Assembly (NCBI GenBank): GCA_965649765.1
Contig: OZ287749.1
Coordinates: 102,486,001 to 102,550,000 of the forward strand
Source: Bispira polyomma
Taxonomy: Eukaryota
DNA: 64,000 bases
Direction of reading: 5' to 3'
The position numbers and the translations under genes were made by a program. Every line of letters begins with the position of its first letter. Positions within the stretch are counted from its first letter, which is position 1. Of the stretch, positions 52,371 through 63,106 are shown one piece after another. The notes under the pieces are model-generated. The model had not been told where the DNA came from and did no database searches. It saw only the letters and a list, made by a program, of their open reading frames with translations.

Positions 52371-53655
52371 CTAAATATTGTAACAGAAACCAAAAAGAAA
52401 TCACAGTTCACTGACAAATTATAGAAATAATTAAAAACTACATGAGTGGCTTATATGATTAAATTATTTAACAAAAAAAGCGAAAGCATTACAAAATGAG
52501 CCCATAAGGGGAGTTATATAATTTAGTTAACATCCTACAAGTGCCATTGTATATTTATTATAATACACTTATACGACTGACGGTGTATGTTAAAGGGTTC
52601 AGAAGAGCCTAATGAAAGGCTAATAGGTAACCAGAATGTTTAAGTTAAGCTGACAACACCTTGGAAGATTAACAGATAATAATATGTGCATGGGTCAAAG
52701 GGTCCTGAGACCTAGTTACAAAATATGTAGGGAAAGCTCTAAAGAAGAGTCATTGTGAACAGTACTACAATATATAATTGAAGTTGAAATAAAATAATAA
52801 AAACCCCAGTGTTATATTAAATAATTCAAAACTACAAACAGTGTATAATCTTATTTTTATTTATTTAGAAATTTTGACAAAATACAAAAGACACTATTTA
52901 ATACACAAAATATACCATACAGTACACAAACATTACACAATTAAACAAAGGAACAAAAACAATGAACAGCATAAATTAAACACTATAGTTATGCCTTTGT
53001 TATGGGGTATAGTTATGCCTTTAAACCCACTAACCGCTAGATTCATACAAAGTTAAATGTAAACACAGACTTCTGATTTCCTACCTCTGGGAGACTTAAC
53101 TCTGAACTAAAGTTAGAATACCCTAACATTGATATCGTGTAAGGCTTATATTTTATAAATTTCATAAATTTAGTGACACTTCAGGAACAAATGGTTTACT
53201 ACAACAATGAGAAAGGCATCAAACAAATGAATGTTTTCAAATAAGCCGCATTATATGTCACAGCCATAGTGCAAACAAAGGAATCCATACACCAATGTAG
53301 TAGAGTGGGATCTGTAGCTTTGTGTAAAATGAATACTGAAAAAACATAGAGAACAACCTGAAATATCCATCGCAGGCTTACAGTGGATGAAAGGTCCTCG
53401 TCCATTTCTATTCTTAGCAGCCACTCGAAATTCAAAAGCATGGCCTAAAATTACATAATATTAAGAATACATTGCTTGACGTTTACAGCGGGGATAATGA
53501 TTTTTTAACATTTTTTAACTAAAATAATTTCATTGTTGTTGATACATTAATTTTCTATTGTTATTTAGATGAAGTAATATAGATTTTTATAATCCAATAT
53601 TTTTACCGATTTTTTGCACTGCATAGTAAATGGAGAACCAGTTTTACATTGTTAC

Positions 53656-53853
53656 CTTTGTATTTAAATGATGTCCCAGTTATTTGGTCCTGAACCTGCT
53701 TCCACTCATCGGCCTCAACTCTATACTCAACCACAAAGTTGGTGATGGTGTCTCCACCACTATCTACTTGCGGCCTTCCCCAGATTAAGCTATAAATGTC
53801 TGGTAGCTGCAGGTCACAGTCCAAGTAGAGAAGGGGTCCTGGTGGGTTCTTTG
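53656..53853 (-). pseudogene. Fibronectin type III exon (N-terminal two thirds)
   Basis: KNPPGPL....SLIWGRPQVDSGGDTITNFVVEYR....EWKQV fits the FN3 motif PG.P...W..P.DGG..IT.Y.VEY....W. Acceptor TTGCAG, donor GTAAC. Confidence 0.8.
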
Positions 53854-54099
53854 CTGCAATATTGTCATGTTAAATTTAGTGTACTGCATCATAGAACTTG
53901 TGCAACGGATACATGTAGATATATATAAATCCTATCAAAAGTGCAAGAATGAGTGTCATTGATTGTTTACAATTTTTCATCAGTATTTCATCGAAGATTT
54001 TTTTCTTGGATATTCGGTATGTAACTCACAATACATTGCAGATGGCATGATTTAAACAAGGACTAGTTATTACCTATACTATAAACATCAATACTGAAC

Positions 54100-55769
54100 C
54101 TTCAATGAAAACTAACAATATAAAAGCTTGATCAGATGGCCAGTGTTGGGGAGGCAAGATTCCCTCAATTACACAATGGCCACAGATGAAATGTATGCTT
54201 TTGATGATGCCGTGCCACTGGCTCAGGACAGATTATAAATCTTCCAAAAGGGTATCAATGGTTTTCCAAATCTGAGGAATGTCATCCAGGCTTCCACGTA
54301 CACAAATGTTAATGATCGAATCCTTTTCCACAGACCTTGTCACAATACATTCAACAGAACCAAAATACACTACCAGGCCATCCTTCCATGCCTGTCTGTC
54401 TCCCATGTAATGGCTTTCCTTTGTGGCCTTCCTCTGTAGACAAACACAAACCATCTCAAACACGTTCAAGGGAATTCTGTTGAAAAATTGACACTGCATC
54501 TGGACTGAGGCATGACCTTGATTAAATACCATCAGGCATTCTTTCCTCAGATTATCAGGGCATTTTTGATATTTTACAAACCAGGGAAAGTACAACAGGT
54601 GGTAATCTATGGATATGTTGTAGCACAAATTGAATGCTCTCATCAGCTCAATGAGGGTATCCTTGTCCTCAGCGCTAAGCCCATGCTCTTCCCACAAACA
54701 TGACAGTAACTTTTCCCCAAGAAGACCTTCATTCTGGTATTGTTTTACTGCTGTATTACATTCCAGCTTCTTGAACTTTGCCTGAAGTTTTTCATCTTCC
54801 TCATAGTTGATGACATCAGAAATCCTGTGGTGGAACACAGCTTTCAAAACCGCTATGATGAATTCTAAATCATGAAAGACATAGTGCCTTAATAGAGGGT
54901 TCTGGTCATAGTGCAAAACAAGGTTGGTATCCCTAAAATAGTTCAAAGCTACTAGGGCACGTGCTTTCAGTGTTTCAAAGGCAGCTTCACTGACTGACTC
55001 ATCAGAATCGCTCTCAGTTTCAGTGACTGATTCATCAGAATCGCTCTCAGCTTCATTGGACAACTGGGCAACATAGAAATCAATTGTTTCATCTAAAGAA
55101 AGAAACTTTTGGTTGGACTCTGTGATTCTTCTGTAGAATTTGACCCAGCTCTCAGGAACAGGATCTCGCTTTTTCTTGACAACTTCTTTTAAAAAATCTT
55201 TTACCTCCTCCATCCCTGCATAAGTTAAACTCAAAACCATGAAGTACAACATGCTGGAATTTTTGTGTTGAAACATTTCCACAAGCTGGGAAGTTGAAAT
55301 ACTCAGTCCTTTATTCTTCTGGTCGTCCTTCAATTTACTATAGCTGTTAATTTCACCATCAAGGAACTGGTGTATAGCTGTCTGAATGACAATAGCATTT
55401 CTGGTCATCTGGTTACTGCTAAGGAGGTCTGTGTGGGTCAACAGAACATGCAAGTCGTTGTCCGGGTATTGATGCAGAGCATGCCTCATGATTTCTATTG
55501 CTTCCTCGATCTCTTGTTGGTGTACTTTGGTTATGTCATGGAGAAGAAACACTGTACTCTCTTTGGAGATGAACATGGGACTGGTAATACTGTAAATGCT
55601 GTGACCTCCTTGATCGTAAATGTGGATGATGTCCTCCTTAGTGATGTCCCAGTGCTTGCTATCAATCACTTGTGTTCTATCCCTGATGTTCACCAACACT
55701 CCTTTCCCTTCTTTGAGACTTTCAACAGCACTGGTTTTTCCTGCTTCAGTGAGGCCGAGAAGAACAAGC
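54100..55769 (-). pseudogene. ROC GTPase plus COR exon (TAA at 54233-54235; the frame continues SVLSQWHGIIKSIHFICGHC)
   Basis: P-loop RLVLLGLTEAGKTS lies upstream of the listed ORF start. G2 RTQVID, G3 IYDQGGH, G4 LLTHTD. The COR-like C-terminal W.GI......C..C motif lies beyond the stop. Confidence 0.88.
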
Positions 55770-56709
55770 CTTTAAAACAAAGAAAACTGTGATTTTAGGA
55801 TTTGAGCAAATTGTTTGACATATGCCCTTTATCTAGTTTATGTAAATACATAGGTAAATGTATTATTGCTCTGATGATCACATGATTTATGATCTTACCG
55901 ATTACTTAATAATTAATAAGCAAATCAGAATGTAGCAGCCTACAGGCCACATCTTTAGCTGACAGGTGAAGACACAGAACAAAGGTAGTGTCTAGGATCT
56001 TCTATTTTCGCTCACACCAATGCTATAAAATCTTACCTTTGAAAACTCCATTTTCTTATAATCCTTCTTATAATGAATTAAGTTTGTCCTGATGTGTTTT
56101 ACTCCATTATTTGTGCTAATAACTGAGAAATACCAAATTTTATAAAAATTCTAGAATTCCCCTACCTTGCCACCATTTTAAAAAGTAGTACCAAATAAAG
56201 TAGATCCGTGAAATATTTATGTATAATATATACCAATAGAAAGGTTGACAGGTCGAAGAGTTGACAGGTCAATAACATTTTTTAAAGATTTTTTTTTTTT
56301 TGTGTGTTTTAAATTTTTAACAAACAAAAACATTGAAAAACAAAATTCTATGAACTATATTTTATCAAAATCTATACATTTATAGGTCATTAATTTTTTT
56401 ACATGACAACTTATATATAAAGATATTATATAGAGTATATTTTATCAAATATCTATGAATTTATAGGTCATTAAGTTTTTTGGGGGTTTTTTACATGTCA
56501 ACCCGTCGGACTGTCAACCTGACAACCTACATATACACTATATATTTTATAACATCTCAACCTGTTGACCTATATATGAAGATATATAGAGGAACTATAT
56601 TTTGGCAAATATGTATACTACATGAATTCCTACATGGAAGTATATATATTCAGACACAGGTAGGGGAATAACAGAATTATTCCTATTTTCGTAGCTCACA
56701 CAAGTTTAC

Positions 56710-57790
56710 CTACAACTAGACCTAGCGCATCAGAGAACCGATGCATATTTGTATCCACCAGAAAGACAAAGCACCCTCGGTATCAAGCCTCTTAGCTAGC
56801 ACCCAAGCTAGAAGCCTATGATTTCCTATAGGGCATTTATGCTAAAGCCTTAAATGGTACAAGTGGGTTTCACATTGCAAACCTGTGGGACCAATAATAA
56901 GTGTGAGATAGGCACTTTAAAGTTAGGCCTATCCGTTTGACCTTGCACAAGAGGTCCAAGGTCAAATCTGACCACAGCAAAGATTACTAGCCCATCATTT
57001 ATTACGGGATGCTTTCACATCCAAAACATCTATGACCAATCATAAGCGAGATATAAACACTTTTAAGTTTGACCAACTTTAAGTTTGACTGACCTTGAAC
57101 AAGGGGGCCCAAGGTCAAATCGGACCACATCAAAAGATTCCCAGTTCTTGATTTCCTACAGGTTGGTTTCATATTCTAAACCTCTTGGACCAATAATAAG
57201 CAAGATATAAGCATTTTTAAGTTTGGCTATCCGCATTTGACCTTGAACGAGGAGCCCAAGGTCAAATCTGAGCACATCAAAATATTCCCAGCCCATGATT
57301 TTCACAAGCACTTTTAAGTTTAGCCATCCCTGTTTGACCTTGAAGGAGAGGCCCAAGGTAAAACATTTTCCTGCTCATAATTTCCTATAAGTTGGTTTGA
57401 GATCCAAACCTCTAGGACCAATATTAAGCGAGATATAGGGACTTTTAAGTTTGGCACTCTGTCGATGACCTTGAATGAGGAGATTCAAGGTCCGTTAAAC
57501 ATATCACCCGTTCAGATATTCAACCTTCTACAGCTGAGAAACAGACACAGTCAAAAGCCTGATTATTTTCAAAGAAACACCCATGGCGGCCATCTTGTTT
57601 TCAAAATGAGGCCAAAATTACTCACAGGCAAGGTGTAATGAAGAACATTTCCTGTAAATTTCAGGAGCCTAAGTGTAAAAGTTTTCCCAGGAGAGTGGTA
57701 AAATCTCTACAAACACTGACGTGGCTGCGGAGTTTTCCGGTGGGTACAACTATTCATCGTGGCTGACATAAACGACCTTCACCCTTATAT
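56710..57790 (-). mobile_element. HINE/DINE-like element with degenerate internal TGACCTTG...CAAGGTCAAA repeats, in the Roco intron
   Basis: AACTAGAC end, hairpin GCATC...GATGC, 4-5 degenerate internal units, and a GGCGGCCATCTT motif like the 27-kb array. Confidence 0.55.
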
Positions 57791-57814
57791 TATTTTAGAT
57801 TATATGTATTTTTG

Positions 57815-58265
57815 ATGCGCTTTATTGATCTTAGGCATCTTTTGAAGCGCAACAACAGAAATAGTGAGATAAATGTGTGGTCATGAACACAGCAGGGTCG
57901 TAAGGAAAAATCTGGGGGTGTACATGAGGGAACTGAGGTGGGTAAGCAAGGTGAATGGGAAGCCAGTGTAGTTTTTGAGGTATAGAGATACATTGGTGCG
58001 AGTGCCCAGGCAAAAAAATGACCCTGCATAGATAGTTTTTTAATGTCATGAATATGGTAATAGTAGGAGCAACAGGTGTTGCCAAAAAGATCCAGTGTCA
58101 AACAAGATGGCGGAGTCAAAAGCGACACCAAGGTTTTGGGATTTTTTGGAAGGTATTATATGTTTACCCAGATAGAAGATGGGGAATAATGATTTTAAGA
58201 GCTCACTGTGTTTCCTATTTCCAATAAGAATGAATTAAGTTTTGTCAGGATTTAGTTTAAATTTG
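57815..58265 (-). mobile_element. L2 LINE 3' fragment
   Basis: Minus-strand motifs KLNPDKT, KTLVSLLTP (a degenerate KNLGV..D) and KLHWLP, followed by the shared L2 tail. Confidence 0.65.
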
Positions 58266-59897
58266 GAGTAGTTATATAGCGGAACATGTTAAAATGTGGA
58301 TATCTCTCAGTGAATATAATATCTAAGTCAATATCAAATACATTTTAATTATGTTAAAAGCACTAGAAAGTGTATTTATTGCCATATAAATCTTAAAATT
58401 GTAGCTTCAGTAACCACAGACATATCAGAATTTACTCAATGCACATTTATCCCCAAACTTTAATAAATGTTCGACATTTTCTTTAAATATCTCAACTAAT
58501 ATTCATTTGAGTTGGAACAGTCAGAAAGCACAAAATAATAGCTTTCTTGTGATACCAAAACATAAATTTTAGCGTAAATATTAATGAAGATATATTTAAT
58601 GCAGTAAAATATTAAGAAACTACCACTATAGTTTAAAGGATATTTTCGAGACACCAATTCATTGATTTTTCATTATGGAGTAAAACAAAGTAAACATTCT
58701 TACAAAAAAAACTAATATTTTTGCAGCTTTTGTCAAAATTTGAGGCCATTATTTGGAGTAATAAGTTTAGAAAAAACAAGATTGTGACAAGAGGGGGAAT
58801 CCAATAATAATGTAACCTGCTTGGCAAAGAAAAGGGATTCCCCAAAACTATCAATCAAATCTGACAATCCCAAGAACTGAAAGTGGCTGTTACTCAATTA
58901 TTTGTACCTGTATTAACACCAAATTATCAATGAATCGTCACTGAAACAGACCCAATATGTATGCCAAATATTGATGCACAGATTCTTGTATGTTCTGACC
59001 TTAGGTTATCCACAGCTGATTGCTGTGGACTTGAAAAAAACTATGATTAGCAATCATTAGTCGACCTTGAAAGGTAAGCTAATGCAAAAAAAAATAGAAG
59101 GCAAAGTATCAACTGATAACAAATATTTTCACAGGTGTAACATCAAAAACCATTGTTTGAAATCGATGAACTACATTGGAATACTTTAATCCTTTCACGT
59201 CTAAGGGAAGCGTTTTCTGATAAAGTACATAAATGGCCATATTTGCCATTTTTGTACACAATCATGAGATTTAATCAATATACAGTAGAACTTCTATTAT
59301 GCAAACATGTTGGGAAGCATGATTTTGTTCGGATATATATAGAAAGACATTTCTGTGTAAAACAATAGGAAAACAGTAATATGGAAGAGTCAGATCCTAA
59401 ATCAAATATTTGATAATAAACGTTTTACTGTATTGCAAGTAGTTTTTTTACTGTAGTGTTCTAGATGCACTCCTAAATACAGTGGTCACCTTATAATTCA
59501 CAGAAACTATATAGAGCATTCTGGCATAAGCCTGGGGATATGAAAACTATAACATAGTGGTGTCGGTATGCATCGACAGACATATCATGGTCATTGTAGG
59601 GTTATTAGTTCACCATTATTTCCATAAACTTTACTATGTACACCAGTTATTAAAGATGCACAATTTGACCTTGTAAATACAAAAAGGTGATAACATTAAA
59701 ATAGTTTTATTTTTACTGCTTTAATATATTTTCAGTTTTACGGAACACAGTCATAACAGAGAAATATCAAGCAGCACTGTAAAGAATTTAAATGTAGCTG
59801 TTTTTAATACTGTATTTACTAGAATATAGGTTGAAATTGATATGCAGATAAAAAAAATTAAATATGCTGCTAATTTAGCGTGTGTGACATGTCATAC

Positions 59898-60217
59898 CTT
59901 TTTCTGGAATTTTGTACCATTTTTGACAGGCATACATCTGTGTAGTAACTATTGATTGCGTCATATCCTTTCCTATATATCTCTCTAGGGGGTTGACTGA
60001 GTGAATTAAAATCTCCTTTTGTGCAAGTACAAAAATGTTGGGTTTCAAACAACTTTTTCCCAAACATGGTAATGAGATTGTCATCCATGTGAAGTGTTTC
60101 CAAATTATAGGGGAAAATATAGTTAGGTGGATCAATGACTCTAATTTGATTGTATGACAGATATAGTTTTCTCAGGTGTTGGTGCTGGCTGAAGTCGCAC
60201 ACTTCACTGATTACATT
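59898..60217 (-). pseudogene. Remainder of the LRR exon after the premature TAA: last LRRs plus the PP.EI...G...I..Y pre-ROC motif
   Basis: Same frame as the 962-aa ORF: NVISEVCDFSQHQHLRKLYLSYNQI...NSLSQPPREIYRKGYDAINSYY...RKR. Donor AG|GTATGA is phase 2 and matches the ROC exon. Confidence 0.88.
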
Positions 60218-63106
60218 TTATGACATCTCTAATTTTTGTATATTACATGGCAAATTTGCTGGATCAATGCTGGTGATATGATTGTCTGACAGATCTAGTT
60301 CACCAAGGTGTCGGTGCTGACTAAAGTCGCACACTTGACTGATTTTATTGTGTGACATATTTACCACTTGTACATTAAAGGGTAGATTCTCTGGATCAAT
60401 GCTGGTGATTTGATTGTCTGACAGATCTAGTTCCCTCAGGTGTTGATGCTGACTAAAGTCGCACACTTGACCGATTTCATTGAGTAGCATCTTTACCACT
60501 TGTACATTAAATGGTAGATTCTCTGGATCAATCCTGATGATTTGATTGTGTGACAGATCCAGTTCCCTCATGTGTTGGTGCTGACTAAAGTCGCACACTT
60601 GACTGATTTTATTGTTTGATATATCTACCACTTGTACATTAAAGGGTAGATTTTCGGGATCAATACCAGTGATTTGATTGTCTGACAGATTTAGTTCTCT
60701 CAAGTGTTGGTGCTGACTAAAGTCGCACACTTGACTGATTTCATTTCCTGACATCTTTACCACTTGTACATTAAAGGGTAGATTTTCTGGATCAATGCTG
60801 GTGATTTGATTGTCTGACAGATCTAGTTCCCTCAGGTGTTGATGCTGACTAAAGTCGCACACTTGACTGATTTCATTTCCTGACATCTCTACCACTTGTA
60901 TATTACATGGTAGATTCTCTGGATCAATCCTGGCGATATCATTGTGTGACAGATCCAGTTCCCTTAGGTGTCGGTGCTGACTGAAGTCGCACACTTGACT
61001 GATGCTATTCCATGACATCTCCAATTTTTGTATATTACATGGTAAATTTTCTGGATCAATGCTTGTGTTTCGATTGTATGACAGATGTAGTTCCCTCAGG
61101 TGTTGGTGCTGACTAAAGTTGCACACTTGACTGATTACATTTCCTGACATCTCTACTTTTTGTATATTATATGGTAGATTTTCTGGATCAATGCTAGTGA
61201 TATGATTGTATGACAGATGTAGTTCCCTCAGGTGTTGGTGCTGACTAAAGTCGCACACTTGACTGATTTTATTTCCTGACATCTCTACTTTTTGTATATT
61301 ATATGGTAGATTTTCTGGATCAATGCTGGTGATTTGATTGTGTGACAGATCTAGTTCCCTCAGGTGTTGATGCTGACTAAAGTCGCACACTTGACTAATT
61401 TCATTCAGTAGCATCTTTACCACTTGTACATTAAAAGGTAGATTCTCTGGATCAATCCTGGTGATATGATTGTGTGACAGATCTAGTTCCCTCAGGTGTT
61501 GATGCTGACTAAAGTCGCACACTTGACTGATTTCATTGAGTAGCATCTTTACCACTTGTACATTAAAGGGTAGATTCTCTGGATCAATCCTGGTGATATG
61601 ATTGTATGACAGATGTAGTTCCCTCAGGTGTTGGTGCTGACTAAAGTCGCACACTTGACTGATTTTATTTCCTGACATCTCTACTTTTTGTATATTATAT
61701 GGTAGATTTTCTGGATCAATCCTGGTGATTTGATTGTGTGACAGATCCAGTTCCCTCAGGTATTGGTGCTGACTAAAGTCGCACACTTGACTGATTATAT
61801 TTCCTGACATCTCTACTTTTTGTATATTATATGGTAGATTTTCTGGATCAATGCTAGTGATATGATTGTATGACAGATCTAGTTCCCTCAGGTGTTGATG
61901 CTGACTAAAGTCGCACACTTGACTGATTTCATTGAGTAGCATCTTTACCACTTGTACATTAAAGGGTAGATTCTCTGGATCAATCCTGGTGATTTGATTG
62001 TGTGACAGATCTAGTTCCCTCAGGTGTTGGTGCTGACTAAAGTCGCACACTTGACTGATTTTATTTCCTGACATCTCTACTTTTTGTATATTATATGGTA
62101 GATTTTCTGGATCAATGCTAGTGATATGATTGTATGACAGATCTAGTTCCCTCAGGTGTTGATGCTGACTAAAGTCGCACACTTGACTGATTTCATTGAG
62201 TAGCATCTTTACCACTTGTACATTAAAGGGTAGATTCTCTGGATCAATCCTGGTGATATGATTGTATGACAGATGTAGTTCCCTCAGGTGTTGGTGCTGA
62301 CTAAAGTCGCACACTTGACTGATTTTATTTCCTGACATCTCTACTTTTTGTATATTATATGGTAGATTTTCTGGATCAATCCTGGTGATTTGATTGTGTG
62401 ACAGATCCAGTTCCCTCAGGTATTGGTGCTGACTAAAGTCGCACACTTGACTGATTATATTTCCTGACATCTCTACTTTTTGTATATTATATGGTAGATT
62501 TTCTGGATCAATGCTAGTGATATGATTGTATGACAGATCTAGTTCCCTCAGGTGTTGATGCTGACTAAAGTCGCACACTTGACTAATTTCATTGAGTAGC
62601 ATCTTTACCACTTGTACATTAAAAGGTAGATTCTCTGGATCAATCCTGGTGATTTGATTGTGTGACAGATCTAGTTCCCTCAGGTGTTGGTGCTGACTAA
62701 AGTCGCACACTTGACTGATTATATTTTCCGACATCTTTACCACTTGTATATTACATGGCAGATTCTCTGGGTTAATGCTTGTGATTTGATTGTGTGACAG
62801 ATTCAGTTCTCTCAGTGGTTCATGCTGGCTAAAATTACAAACCTGACTGAGTTTATTATTTAACAAATCTAAGACTTCCATAGTGCGAGGGATGTTTTCA
62901 GGATTTATCTCCATTATTCTATTATCTTTCAGTTTGAGATATTTTAAGTCTTGAAATGCTGGTTCTTTCCCCAGGTTTGGAACACATTGTAGTACATTTC
63001 CTGATAAATCCACCTCTGTATAGCACACATCTCCACTTAGACTATTAAGTCTTTGCTCCAACTCATTGTCATTAAGGCCCTTCTTGCTCCAATTCATTGT
63101 CTCCAT
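60218..63106 (-). CDS. 962-aa intracellular LRR-only ORF: N-cap plus 20 tandem 44-aa double-LRR units (the last cut by TAA)
   Basis: Uninterrupted ORF with 132-bp periodicity over 60170-62809 and the LxxLxLxxNxI consensus. No signal peptide. Acceptor TTTCAG 10 nt before the ATG. Confidence 0.8.
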   Translation of the reverse strand: METMNWSKKGLNDNELEQRLNSLSGDVCYTEVDLSGNVLQCVPNLGKEPAFQDLKYLKLKDNRIMEINPENIPRTMEVLDLLNNKLSQVCNFSQHEPLRELNLSHNQITSINPENLPCNIQVVKMSENIISQVCDFSQHQHLRELDLSHNQITRIDPENLPFNVQVVKMLLNEISQVCDFSQHQHLRELDLSYNHITSIDPENLPYNIQKVEMSGNIISQVCDFSQHQYLRELDLSHNQITRIDPENLPYNIQKVEMSGNKISQVCDFSQHQHLRELHLSYNHITRIDPENLPFNVQVVKMLLNEISQVCDFSQHQHLRELDLSYNHITSIDPENLPYNIQKVEMSGNKISQVCDFSQHQHLRELDLSHNQITRIDPENLPFNVQVVKMLLNEISQVCDFSQHQHLRELDLSYNHITSIDPENLPYNIQKVEMSGNIISQVCDFSQHQYLRELDLSHNQITRIDPENLPYNIQKVEMSGNKISQVCDFSQHQHLRELHLSYNHITRIDPENLPFNVQVVKMLLNEISQVCDFSQHQHLRELDLSHNHITRIDPENLPFNVQVVKMLLNEISQVCDFSQHQHLRELDLSHNQITSIDPENLPYNIQKVEMSGNKISQVCDFSQHQHLRELHLSYNHITSIDPENLPYNIQKVEMSGNVISQVCNFSQHQHLRELHLSYNRNTSIDPENLPCNIQKLEMSWNSISQVCDFSQHRHLRELDLSHNDIARIDPENLPCNIQVVEMSGNEISQVCDFSQHQHLRELDLSDNQITSIDPENLPFNVQVVKMSGNEISQVCDFSQHQHLRELNLSDNQITGIDPENLPFNVQVVDISNNKISQVCDFSQHQHMRELDLSHNQIIRIDPENLPFNVQVVKMLLNEIGQVCDFSQHQHLRELDLSDNQITSIDPENLPFNVQVVNMSHNKISQVCDFSQHRHLGELDLSDNHITSIDPANLPCNIQKLEMS

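Larger units (their letters stand above)
49115..63106 (-). pseudogene. Roco-family gene (LRR-ROC-COR-FN3-?-CARD-like-PST-Death) with multiple nonsense lesions from the end of the LRR array onward
   Basis: Exon chain: 63106-59898, 55769-54100, 53853-53656, (53198-53085 uncertain), 52370-52191, (51933)-51549, 51011-50377, 50156-50012, 49550-49115, with matching intron phases. In-frame stops at 60218-60220, 54233-54235, 52330-52332, 50113-50115 and 49541-49543. Frameshift(s) in the 51.5-51.9 kb exon. Confidence 0.82.

Noticed and set aside
54100-55769. LRRK2, DAPK1 or NACHT/NB-ARC assignment
   Set aside because: No kinase, WD40 or ankyrin domain was found, and the G1-G4 motifs are small-GTPase (ROC) type. 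No gene symbol was assigned.
55370-55792. Plus-strand 140-aa ORF (and 54512-54703, 50674-51021)
   Set aside because: These are antisense or alternate-frame shadows of the Roco exons with no recognisable domain.
49115-60220. Stop-codon reassignment or programmed readthrough to explain the in-frame stops in the Roco gene
   Set aside because: All three stop types occur, frameshifts are also present, and the neighbouring NAPA gene ends normally at TAG. Mutational decay is simpler.
60218-63106. Toll-like receptor, VLR or other secreted LRR protein
   Set aside because: No signal peptide, LRRCT or transmembrane segment is visible. The frame continues through a pre-ROC motif and splices to a P-loop GTPase exon.
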